From an uncultured Flavobacteriales bacterium (lineage in GTDB: Bacteria > Bacteroidota > Bacteroidia > Flavobacteriales_G > NORP312): DNA of 64,000 nucleotides. Position 1 is the first letter of the stretch; the number at the start of each line of letters is the position of its first letter. The stretch is from the NCBI GenBank assembly GCA_905480125.1, contig CAJQPE010000025.1, positions 3,949 through 67,948 of the forward strand. Reading direction: 5' to 3'. The translations under genes and the position numbers were made by a program. Below, in pieces: positions 10,394 through 18,659 of this stretch. The notes under the pieces are model-generated. The model searched no databases and had not been told where the DNA came from. It saw nothing but the letters and a program-made list of their open reading frames with translations.

Positions 10394-10627
10394 ATGAAAA
10401 AAATCTATACTATTGCCTTTGCGGTTTTGGCTTTTGGTACTCTTTCAGCTCAAACAAATAACACTGAGCAAATAAATTCTAAAACTAAGGCTAAGAAAGC
10501 GGAATCAAGCATTACAGTACCAATATATAAGCAGACTCCTAAACAGACAACTAAGAAGTCTAAAATTTCTACAACAGAAATTAAAGCTGTTGAAAAGAAA
10601 AAGAACGGAAAAACAGATTCTAAATAA
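10394..10627 (+). CDS. Small Lys-rich secreted protein (77 aa)
   Basis: Seen: signal peptide MKKIYTIAFAVLAFGTLSAQ, then a low-complexity K/T/S-rich tail (KTKAKKAESS...KQTTKKSKISTTEIKAVEKKKNGKTDSK). It ends 13 nt before the next gene. No family recognised. Confidence 0.55.
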   Translation: MKKIYTIAFAVLAFGTLSAQTNNTEQINSKTKAKKAESSITVPIYKQTPKQTTKKSKISTTEIKAVEKKKNGKTDSK

Positions 10628-10640
10628 TAAAATATAAGCT

Positions 10641-13600
10641 ATGAAAATTTTTACAAAACTATTTACGCTTGTTGCAGCCCTATTTGCTGTGCAAGCTGCA
10701 AATGCACAATGTCCTGCAGGTCAAGCACAAGTGGATATCGATTTCACAACAGACGCTTGGGGTTATGAAGTATATTGGGAAGTTGTTCCGTTCGGTGGCA
10801 CATGTGGTACAGCAACGATTGCATCAGGCGGTAACGCTGCAGTTGGTTGCGGTGGCGGTGGCGCACAAGCCATAACATCTGGTGGATATGGAAACAGTTT
10901 GACTGTCAATGAGTCTATTGGCTGTCTGACACTAGGAACTCAATACGATCTTGTTATGATTGACGATTGGGGTGATGGATTAACTGTTGCTGATTTAATT
11001 ATTGACGGAGTTCCTGTTTCATCATTTGAACCGACTGGATCTGATGAAACATTTACTTTTTTAGTCAATATACCTGCTAATAACTTAGTCTTAGACAGTG
11101 TTTTTTACAACGGTATTAGTGATTATACGGAAAAGGATGTGTACTTCTACCAAATTCCATTAAGGCATGCCAAATTAGATACAATGTATTTTGGTGCAGG
11201 AATCACTAATAGAGGTACTAGTGACCAAACTAATGTAACATTTTCAGTAGACGTTAACGGACCTTTTCCTTATTCTGGAAATGAAAATATAGGAACGCTA
11301 TCAAATGGGGCGATTGACACACTTGACATAACCAATTATTATGCTTCAATGAAGCAGATGGGGAACTATAATTTTACTTTTTCAGTTGAGTCTGATTCTA
11401 CTGATGAACTACCTAACGACAACGAATGGTCACACACAATTGCTGTAACAGATACGGTGTACGCAAGAGACAATGACAATACAGACGCAGGTTGGGCTAG
11501 TCAACTTAACCCAGCAACTAACAACTATGAAGCTGCAGAAGTTTCTTATTATATCAATGATGATGACGTTGCCTCTTCTGTTACAATTAGATTATACGAC
11601 TTTTCTCAGATTACTGACGATATAGGTGCTGTCATTCAATTATATGTGGGTGATGGGAACGATCCATTATATAAATCTGCTTACCACGTTGTTGATGCTG
11701 CAGATGTTACTACAGGGCTTCTAACACTTCCATTATTATTTGATGCTAACGATGTTGCGTTAACAAGTGAAGCTGCTATACCCGCCGGATTTTATACCGC
11801 TGGTATTAGTGTTCTTAGTGGTGCTGCCATGGTTGGAATTGATCCAGACTTAGAAGCTGCTCCGCAAACACAATTTGTTAAAGTAAGCGGAACATGGTAC
11901 TATAGTACTGGATCTATTTATCAAATTAGATTGAATGTAAAAACTGACCCTTGTAACTCTCTTGCGCTTAGTTCATCGATTGATGATGTAAGTTGTAATG
12001 GTGGTAACGACGGTGAAATTAGCCTAATTGCTGCTGGCGGTACAGCTCCTTATTCTTTTGTTTGGGATGACGCTTCTACAAACACTAGCATCAACGGACT
12101 TTCTGCTGGCACCTACGGTGTCGTTGTTACTGATGCTGATGGTTGTGAAGTTGAAGGATTATATGATGTTGACGAAGCAGATGTATTAACTGCTTCAGTT
12201 AATACAAATAGTGCCGCTTGCGGAAACGCTAGCGGTAATGCTACTGCTGCTGCAACTGGTGGAAATGCTCCTTACAATTACATTTGGAATAATGCTATGA
12301 GTATTTCTTTTTTAAACAATATCTCTGCTGGTGTTTACGATGTTACTGTTACAGATGATAATGGTTGTGTGACTTCTGCTTCTGGTACTGTTGCATCGAC
12401 TAACTCTACTATTACATTAAGTACTTCTGTTACTTCTGACGATGCTTGTGGTTATAACGTTGGTGGTGCTTTGGCTTCAGCTACTTCTACAGGAGGGTCT
12501 GTTTCTTACCTATGGGATAATGGTGATGCTACAGCGCTTACTTCAGGTCTTGTTGCAGGAACTTATTCTGTTACAGCTACTGATGCAGACGGATGTTCTT
12601 CAGCTTCTTCAGTTACTATTACTGAATTGGCTCCAGCTGTTATGGCGACTGTATCTTCTACTGATGCTTCTTGTGGTGCTTCTGATGGTGCTGCTTCTGT
12701 CTCTATTAATACTGCTTACACCTACGTGTGGGATGATGCTGCTTCGCAAACTACTGCTTCTGCTACTGGTCTTGAAGCTGGTGTTTATTTTGTATTAGTT
12801 ACAAATACAGTTACTACATGCCAAGGTGGATGGACTGCCTACGTAAACAACCCGTCTGCTTCTATTTCTTTAGCTACTACAGTTACTGATGCTGATTGCT
12901 ACGATGCTGCTTCAGGTTCTATTCTTGCAGAAGTTACTAGTCTGACCATAACTGGTGGTTATAGCTTATATACTGCTGATGGTGATAGCATTACTACTGT
13001 TGTTTCTATAAATGCTGAAACATTTAGCGGATTAGAGGCTGACGACTACGTTGTATTCGGTGCTGATTTTAACGGTTGTGTTACTTCTACTACTGTTTCT
13101 ATTAATGAGCCTGCAATGCTTATGGCTTCTGTGTCAAGCAACGATGTTACTTGTAACGGTGATACTGATGGTGACGCTGCTGTTGTTGCTATGGGTGGAA
13201 CTTCTGGTTACACTTACGCTTGGGACAATGGATCAACTACTGCAACTGCTGCAGGTCTGAGTGCAGGTAACGAAAATGTTACTGTTACTGATGTCAACGG
13301 ATGTATGGTTGTTGAAACAGTTAACGTTGGGACACCTTCTGCTATCTTTTTAGATATTTCTTCTGAAGATATTTCTTGTAATGGTGATGGTAACGGCGAG
13401 ATTAACTTAATCGCTTTTGGCGGTGGTGTTGGAGGATTCACGTATGCTTGGGACAATGGTTTAGCTGCTGTTGCTAACCAAGCTAGTTTAGCTGCTGCGA
13501 CTTATAACGTTACAGTTACAGATGCAAATAACTGTTCTGAAACAGGTGCAGCTACGATTGCTGAACCTGCTACTTTAGGCGTTACTATTACTGCTACTGA

Positions 13601-14321
13601 CGATTTCGTTTGTTTCGGTGATGCTGACGGTGCTGCAACTTCTTCAATTAATGGAGGAACAGGCCCATTCACATATGTATGGGCTGGTAACGGAAGCACA
13701 ACTGCTAACAACACTAATGTTGATGCAGGAGCTGAAGACTTAACTATAATTGATGCCAATGGTTGTTCTGCAACTTCAAATAGTATTACCATCAACGAAA
13801 GCCCTTCTGCTGTTGTGGCAGCCGTTTCTGGAACTAACGAATCCTGTTTTAATTGTGCTGATGGAACTGCTTCAGTTGTTGCTTCTGGTGGTACAGCTCC
13901 ATACACTTATTCTTGGAACATTGCTGGATCAACGTCTTCATTAACTGATATAGACCCAATTTGTCCATTCTCAACAATCATCTGTAACGTTACTGATGAT
14001 GATGGATGTGTTGCTTCAGGGCAAGTTAATATCCTTTGTGATGATGTTAATGCTATAGAAAAAGTTGAAGGAATTACTTCAATGGTAGTGTATCCAAACC
14101 CAAACAACGGTATCTTTAACGTAGAGTTAAACTCATCTACTAAAGCTAAATACACTTTCGTTGTAAGAAATGTAATTGGACAAACTGTTTCTATCGATTC
14201 GGAAACGATCAACGGCAACTACATCAAAACAATTGATTTAAGCAACCAAACTGATGGCATCTACTTCCTTACTGTGAAGTCTGCTGACAGTGAGATAACT
14301 GCTAAAATTGTTTTAAGATAA
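10641..14321 (+). CDS. Large cell-surface protein with SprB-type repeats and a T9SS type A C-terminal sorting domain
   Basis: Seen: signal peptide MKIFTKLFTLVAALFAVQAANAQ; about 420 aa unassigned head; nine repeats of the form D.SCNG.NDGEI...GGTAPY.F.W...T......L.AG.Y.V.VTDA.GC; C-terminus VVYPNPNNGIFNVEL...DGIYFLTVKS...AKIVLR. Known: these match SprB repeats and the Por/T9SS type A CTD. Confidence 0.9.
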   Translation: MKIFTKLFTLVAALFAVQAANAQCPAGQAQVDIDFTTDAWGYEVYWEVVPFGGTCGTATIASGGNAAVGCGGGGAQAITSGGYGNSLTVNESIGCLTLGTQYDLVMIDDWGDGLTVADLIIDGVPVSSFEPTGSDETFTFLVNIPANNLVLDSVFYNGISDYTEKDVYFYQIPLRHAKLDTMYFGAGITNRGTSDQTNVTFSVDVNGPFPYSGNENIGTLSNGAIDTLDITNYYASMKQMGNYNFTFSVESDSTDELPNDNEWSHTIAVTDTVYARDNDNTDAGWASQLNPATNNYEAAEVSYYINDDDVASSVTIRLYDFSQITDDIGAVIQLYVGDGNDPLYKSAYHVVDAADVTTGLLTLPLLFDANDVALTSEAAIPAGFYTAGISVLSGAAMVGIDPDLEAAPQTQFVKVSGTWYYSTGSIYQIRLNVKTDPCNSLALSSSIDDVSCNGGNDGEISLIAAGGTAPYSFVWDDASTNTSINGLSAGTYGVVVTDADGCEVEGLYDVDEADVLTASVNTNSAACGNASGNATAAATGGNAPYNYIWNNAMSISFLNNISAGVYDVTVTDDNGCVTSASGTVASTNSTITLSTSVTSDDACGYNVGGALASATSTGGSVSYLWDNGDATALTSGLVAGTYSVTATDADGCSSASSVTITELAPAVMATVSSTDASCGASDGAASVSINTAYTYVWDDAASQTTASATGLEAGVYFVLVTNTVTTCQGGWTAYVNNPSASISLATTVTDADCYDAASGSILAEVTSLTITGGYSLYTADGDSITTVVSINAETFSGLEADDYVVFGADFNGCVTSTTVSINEPAMLMASVSSNDVTCNGDTDGDAAVVAMGGTSGYTYAWDNGSTTATAAGLSAGNENVTVTDVNGCMVVETVNVGTPSAIFLDISSEDISCNGDGNGEINLIAFGGGVGGFTYAWDNGLAAVANQASLAAATYNVTVTDANNCSETGAATIAEPATLGVTITATDDFVCFGDADGAATSSINGGTGPFTYVWAGNGSTTANNTNVDAGAEDLTIIDANGCSATSNSITINESPSAVVAAVSGTNESCFNCADGTASVVASGGTAPYTYSWNIAGSTSSLTDIDPICPFSTIICNVTDDDGCVASGQVNILCDDVNAIEKVEGITSMVVYPNPNNGIFNVELNSSTKAKYTFVVRNVIGQTVSIDSETINGNYIKTIDLSNQTDGIYFLTVKSADSEITAKIVLR
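11970..14030 (+). repeat. Nine tandem coding repeats (about 65-80 aa each, SprB-repeat type) inside the 10641-14321 gene
   Basis: Seen: the repeat starts read DDVSCNGGNDGE, SAACGNASGN, DDACGYNVGG, DASCGASDGA, DADCYDAASG, NDVTCNGDTDGD, EDISCNGDGNGE, DDFVCFGDADGA, NESCFNCADGT. Most repeats contain GG..(P)Y.Y.W and VTD..GC. Boundaries are approximate. Confidence 0.7.
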
Positions 14322-14345
14322 TTGTAGATTACACTTTATATTAAA

Positions 14346-14377
14346 AGCCTCAATCAAAATTCGGTTGGGGCTTTTTT
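14346..14377 (+). terminator. Rho-independent terminator after the SprB-repeat gene
   Basis: Seen: 8-bp stem AGCCTCAA / TTGGGGCT (one G-U pair) with an 11-nt loop, followed directly by TTTTTT. Confidence 0.7.
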
Positions 14378-14462
14378 ATTTCCATTGGTCACGCAATTCA
14401 ACCCGTTCTCATAGCAATTCTTCCTTTGGCTCACAATAAGCCAAAGTAAACAACTTCATTTC

Positions 14463-14470
14463 TATATTTG
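14463..14470 (+). promoter_or_regulatory. Candidate -7 box (TATATTTG) for the TolC-family gene
   Basis: Seen: TATATTTG 12 nt upstream of ATG 14482. A perfect 8-bp inverted repeat CTTTGGCT-N7-AGCCAAAG lies at 14424-14446 just upstream. Known consensus TAnnTTTG. Confidence 0.3.
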
Positions 14471-14481
14471 TGATTCATAAG

Positions 14482-15888
14482 ATGCGCTCGCTACTCATAA
14501 TATTATTTTGTCTCACTCAATTCTTGGCGCATGCTCAGGAGACCTGGAGTCTTAAACAATGTATTGATTATGCTTACGAGCATAATCTGCAAGTGAAACA
14601 ATCCGAAATTAATATTGCTATACAGCAAGAGCGCATAACATCTAATAAGGGTCAAAGGCTCCCAACCCTAAACGGATACGCCTCTCATACATATAATTTT
14701 GGGCAACGAATCGATCCATTCACCAATCAATTTGCAAATACTCGTGTTCAGTCAAATAATTTTTATCTAAATAGTTCTGTCTCTCTGTTCAATGGTTTTC
14801 AGACAAAAAACAATATCAAGAAAAGTTTAATCGATTATCAAATTCAAGAACAAAATACAGAGAAAATTAAGAATGATATTGCTTTAGCGATTGCCGCAAA
14901 CTACCTGCAAATATTATTTAATGAAGAGGCTATTAAAATTGCTCAGCAACAAATGTTGATTACAAATCAACAGATTACAAGAATAGACAAATTAGTTCGT
15001 TCTGGATCTGTGCCCGAAGGAAATTTATTAGATCTTCAGGCGCAGGCTGCAAGTGACGAAATGAACTTGGTGTCAGCAGAAAATCAACTTACAATTTCTA
15101 CACTTTACTTAAAACAATTACTTCAATTAGATAGTATTTCAGATTTTAAAATCGTCATCCCAAAAACGGAAATGGATGAAAAACTTTTAGTTTCATCTAC
15201 TCCTGGACAAGTATATGATGCGGCCATAAATATTATGCCTGCCATTAAATCAAGTCAATTACAAATAGAAAGTGCAGAAACTAACCACCTTTCAGCCCAG
15301 GGCAAACGATATCCAAGCCTCAGCATTAGTGGTTCACTGGGTACTGGTTATTCAGGATTAAGTAAGAACACGGAAATTACAGGTGTCTCATTAGATGAAG
15401 CAGGACAAACTTCTGCAGGTGAGCAAGTTTACCTATACAATCCAATTATTGAGTCGTCAAAAAAATCATTTGGCGACCAATCTGCAGATAACTTTAACCA
15501 ATCGATTGGGTTCAATTTATCGATACCAATCTTTAATGGCTTTAACACTAAAACTGCTATGGAAATTGCCAAATTAAACAAAGATGCGGCGAAACTGCAA
15601 TTGCAACAAACAGAAAACCAATTAAAGAATGACATCGAACAGGCTCACATAGATGCTGTTGCTGCGATGAAAAAGTACATGGCTACCGAAAAAGCTTTAG
15701 AAGCTCAAAAACAAGCTTTCGAATACTCCAAAAAACGGTTTGAAGTTGGGATGATGAACTCAGTAGATTTCAATTCCTCTAAAAACAAGTTAGCAAATAC
15801 AGAGTCACAGCTTATTCAGTCAAAATATGACTACCTCTTCAAGATAAAAATCCTTGAATTCTATCAAGGTAAGTCATTAGAATTTTAG
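14482..15888 (+). CDS. TolC-family outer-membrane efflux protein
   Basis: Seen: MRSLLIILFCLTQFLAHAQ signal peptide; LKQCIDYAYEHNLQVKQSE; two repeated alpha/beta halves; C-terminal YDYLFKIKILEFYQGKSL. Known: typical TolC/OMF pattern. ATG 14482 is preferred over the ORF-track GTG 14470, which lies inside the -7 box. Confidence 0.9.
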   Translation: MRSLLIILFCLTQFLAHAQETWSLKQCIDYAYEHNLQVKQSEINIAIQQERITSNKGQRLPTLNGYASHTYNFGQRIDPFTNQFANTRVQSNNFYLNSSVSLFNGFQTKNNIKKSLIDYQIQEQNTEKIKNDIALAIAANYLQILFNEEAIKIAQQQMLITNQQITRIDKLVRSGSVPEGNLLDLQAQAASDEMNLVSAENQLTISTLYLKQLLQLDSISDFKIVIPKTEMDEKLLVSSTPGQVYDAAINIMPAIKSSQLQIESAETNHLSAQGKRYPSLSISGSLGTGYSGLSKNTEITGVSLDEAGQTSAGEQVYLYNPIIESSKKSFGDQSADNFNQSIGFNLSIPIFNGFNTKTAMEIAKLNKDAAKLQLQQTENQLKNDIEQAHIDAVAAMKKYMATEKALEAQKQAFEYSKKRFEVGMMNSVDFNSSKNKLANTESQLIQSKYDYLFKIKILEFYQGKSLEF

Positions 15889-15907
15889 TACTATTTTTGG
15901 CTTTTGT

Positions 15908-16603
15908 ATGCCAACTATCCTATCCATAGAAACCGCTACCAGAGCATGTTCAGTTTCCGTTTCAAAAGGCAATGAAATAATAGCTGTTGTTGAAGAAGTT
16001 GGTGATGGTTACTCTCATTCAGAGAACTTATCCATTTTTATCGAAAAAGCTCTTGCAGAAAGCAACATGAGTTATAGAAATTTAAACGCTGTTGCCGTCA
16101 GTAAAGGACCTGGGTCATATACTGGCTTAAGAATTGGAACATCCACCGCGAAAGGGCTTTGTTACTCTCTAGATATACCTCTAATATCAGTCCCCACTCT
16201 CCAGGCTATGGCTTACGGTTTGTCAGCTAGTTCTAAATTTACCAACGAAACACTTTTCTGCCCAATGATTGATGCTCGAAGGATGGAAGTTTATTCTGCC
16301 TTTTACAGCAAAGACAATGATTTAGTCAGAGACACTCAAGCAGATATAATAAATGAAAATAGCTACTTAAATTATTTAATAACTTCGGAAGTTATCTTCT
16401 TTGGAGACGGAGCAGAGAAATGTAAAGAAGTATTATCTGCTCAAAAAAATGCAAAATTTATAACTGACTTTCATCCATCTGCTCAATACCTAAGTATTAT
16501 AGCCAACGGCAAATTTAAAGCACAACAAATTGAAGATACGGCCTATTTTGAGCCTTATTATCTTAAAGATTTTGTTGCTGGCAAACCTAAAAAATTAGTT
16601 TAA
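15908..16603 (+). CDS. tsaB: tRNA threonylcarbamoyladenosine (t6A) biosynthesis protein TsaB
   Basis: Seen: ILSIETATRACSVSV...VAVSKGPGSYTGLRIGTSTAKGL. Known: TsaB/YeaZ signature. Confidence 0.9.
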   Translation: MPTILSIETATRACSVSVSKGNEIIAVVEEVGDGYSHSENLSIFIEKALAESNMSYRNLNAVAVSKGPGSYTGLRIGTSTAKGLCYSLDIPLISVPTLQAMAYGLSASSKFTNETLFCPMIDARRMEVYSAFYSKDNDLVRDTQADIINENSYLNYLITSEVIFFGDGAEKCKEVLSAQKNAKFITDFHPSAQYLSIIANGKFKAQQIEDTAYFEPYYLKDFVAGKPKKLV

Positions 16604-16641
16604 ATAAAATTTCGTAATTTTACAAATCAAAATTAAAAACG

Positions 16642-17052
16642 ATGAAAAATATATTTATTGTACTTATAGCTATTGGAACACTGACTGCTTGCAAAAAGCA
16701 TGGTGATTGCCATAAGAATGAGTATACAATTTGTGAAACCGTAAGTCCAGATTTAATGCCAACTAAAGTTACAACTGCTTTTGCTCGTAACTACACTGAA
16801 GCAACTGTTGCTGTATGGTTTAACCAAGATAATAAGGGATATACAGCAATGTTTGATCAAAATGGTGAAAAAACATTTGCTATGTTTCAGAACAATGGCG
16901 AGTTTGTAAAGGAATACTCAGCAAAAGAACAAGCTGAACATTATAGTCATAATAAATATGACAAAAAAGAAGGTAAACTTGGGAAAGGCAAGAAACACCA
17001 TAAGAAAGAATATAAAAAGGATGATTCTTGCATTTGTAAACTAGTGGACTAG
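16642..17052 (+). CDS. Small lipoprotein, PepSY-like (putative)
   Basis: Seen: lipobox LIAIGTLTAC. The block VTTAFARNYTEATVAVWFNQDNKGYTAMFDQNGEKTFAMFQNNGEF resembles PepSY-like beta-lactamase-inhibitor-like domains (recalled pattern). Lys/His-rich tail. Confidence 0.7.
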   Translation: MKNIFIVLIAIGTLTACKKHGDCHKNEYTICETVSPDLMPTKVTTAFARNYTEATVAVWFNQDNKGYTAMFDQNGEKTFAMFQNNGEFVKEYSAKEQAEHYSHNKYDKKEGKLGKGKKHHKKEYKKDDSCICKLVD

Positions 17053-17071
17053 TTCTTCCATTAAATTTAGT

Positions 17072-17105
17072 ATAAGCCCTGCTGTGAAGCGGGGCTTATT
17101 TTTTT
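17072..17105 (+). terminator. Rho-independent terminator
   Basis: Seen: stem ATAAGCCC / GGGCTTAT (17072-17079 / 17092-17099) followed by TTTTTT. Confidence 0.75.
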
Positions 17106-17125
17106 GATATAAATGTATCTTAATA

Positions 17126-17557
17126 ATGGATAAATTCATGAAGCTCGCCATACAAGAAGCCAAGGAAGGGTACAATGAAGGAGGGATACCAATTGGTTCT
17201 GTTCTAGTTAAGGATGGGGTATTAGTTGCAAAAGGCAGAAACAAACGCGTACAAGAACTCAACCCCATACTTCATGGAGAAATGGATTGTTTGAATAATG
17301 CTGGGAGAATAGGCAGTTATAAAAACTCTGTTATTTACTCTACTCTAATGCCGTGCTATATGTGTGCGGGAACCATAGTTCAATTTAAAATACCGAAGGT
17401 AATTGTAGGAGAATCTAAAACATTTGTTGGCGCCAGAGAGTTTATGGAAAGCCACGGTGTTGAAGTTATCAACCTCAACAATCCAGAATGCATTGAAATG
17501 ATGGAGAATTTTATTTCAGAAAAACCAGAACTCTGGAATGAGGATATAGGAGAGTAA
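17126..17557 (+). CDS. Cytosine deaminase, yeast FCY1 type (CMP/dCMP-deaminase zinc-binding fold)
   Basis: Seen: HGEMDCL and PCYMCAG zinc motifs, GGIPIGSVLV and a C-terminus ...KPELWNEDIGE. Known (from memory): S. cerevisiae Fcy1 has GGVPIGGCLI, HGEISTL, PCDMCTG and ends ...RPQDWFEDIGE. Confidence 0.85.
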   Translation: MDKFMKLAIQEAKEGYNEGGIPIGSVLVKDGVLVAKGRNKRVQELNPILHGEMDCLNNAGRIGSYKNSVIYSTLMPCYMCAGTIVQFKIPKVIVGESKTFVGAREFMESHGVEVINLNNPECIEMMENFISEKPELWNEDIGE

Positions 17558-17571
17558 CCTACCTTTGCAAA

Positions 17572-18657
17572 ATGAAAACACCAAATCAATTAATTATTAG
17601 GAGGTATCCGAAGAGCCAAAACAAGTCTCTCCGTTCTTTTAGCGCAGCAGACGAACTCATAAAAGAATACATCGAAACAGAAAAAATTGCCCTCCGAGCA
17701 CCTGTTTTACTGAACGACAGATTTGGTTATTTAGCTTGCAACTTCCATAAATTTTCACCTATTTCGATAGTTAATTATAAAAGTCAGGAAAAGTCGTTAA
17801 GACAAAATATGTTAGACAACAACATCGGCATTATTGAGCAAAATATTATTTTTCCTCTCGATAAAATAAATCATGAAGTTGAAATCGCTATAGTTAAGGC
17901 TCCTAAATCGCTTGATTTATTCCGATTACAACTACAAAAGCTCAGCAAATGCTTAGGCGAAAACAGCCTGGTTATTTGTGGGTTTATGACTCGACATTTC
18001 TCCAAACAGATGTTAGAAATTGCTGGTGACTATTTCGAAGAAGTTGAACAAACAAAAGCCAAAAAGAAAGCTAGACTTATAATATTATCTAAAAAGAAAA
18101 AAACACAATCGAACTCACTTTTTAACGAAATTAGTTTCGGAGATAGAACAATCAAGCAATATTTTGGTGTCTTTTCTGCAAACAAGATTGATCAAGCAAC
18201 GGAATTTTTTCTAGATAATTTAAATGTCGATTCTTCTGCTGGCGTAATACTCGATTTAGCCTCTGGTAATGGTATTATTGCCCGTGCAATTCGTCAGCAA
18301 TATGCTCATGCAGAAATTCATTTAGTGGATGATTCTTACCTAGCCGTTGAATCTTCAAAACTAAATGTAAAAGATGAAAATACACATCATCATTTTAGCG
18401 ATAGTTTAGAAAATTTTACTCCCGAATTCTTTGATTTAATAGCTTCTAATCCACCATATCATTTCGAATATGAAACGAATATTGAGGTGGCTTTAGACTT
18501 GTTTAAACAAGTTTATAAAAAACTTAAAACTGGTGGTCATTTCCAAATGGTAAGTGCTGTTTCTTTGAATTTTAAAACACACCTAACCAAGTTGTTTTCT
18601 AAAGTAGAAATCCTAGCCGAGAACAATAAGTTTATAGTTTACGATTGCGAAAAATAA
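17572..18657 (+). CDS. RlmG/RsmC-family rRNA (guanine-N2)-methyltransferase
   Basis: Seen: two-domain layout, VILDLASGNGIIA (SAM motif I) and SNPPYHFE (NPPF/Y catalytic motif). Known: typical of m2G rRNA methyltransferases. Confidence 0.8.
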   Translation: MKTPNQLIIRRYPKSQNKSLRSFSAADELIKEYIETEKIALRAPVLLNDRFGYLACNFHKFSPISIVNYKSQEKSLRQNMLDNNIGIIEQNIIFPLDKINHEVEIAIVKAPKSLDLFRLQLQKLSKCLGENSLVICGFMTRHFSKQMLEIAGDYFEEVEQTKAKKKARLIILSKKKKTQSNSLFNEISFGDRTIKQYFGVFSANKIDQATEFFLDNLNVDSSAGVILDLASGNGIIARAIRQQYAHAEIHLVDDSYLAVESSKLNVKDENTHHHFSDSLENFTPEFFDLIASNPPYHFEYETNIEVALDLFKQVYKKLKTGGHFQMVSAVSLNFKTHLTKLFSKVEILAENNKFIVYDCEK

Positions 18658-18659
18658 AG

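Noticed and set aside
12442-13944. Long ORFs in alternative or antisense frames inside the SprB-repeat gene (12442-12798 +, 13051-13260 +, 13214-13456 -, 13502-13906 -, 13750-13944 +).
   Set aside because: They lie wholly within a gene with strong repeat, signal-peptide and CTD evidence. Their translations are low-complexity (L/V/Q- or A/P/V-rich), as expected from the GCT/ACT/GGT/GAT-biased periodic codon usage of the real frame.
11970-14030. Regular ~200-240-bp periodicity that could be mistaken for a repeat array or CRISPR-like structure. Similar periodicity occurs at about 26200-27100, 28880-29700 and 32200-33100.
   Set aside because: The repeats are divergent at the DNA level, lie in one long open frame and correspond to protein domain repeats. 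There are no short identical direct repeats with unique spacers.
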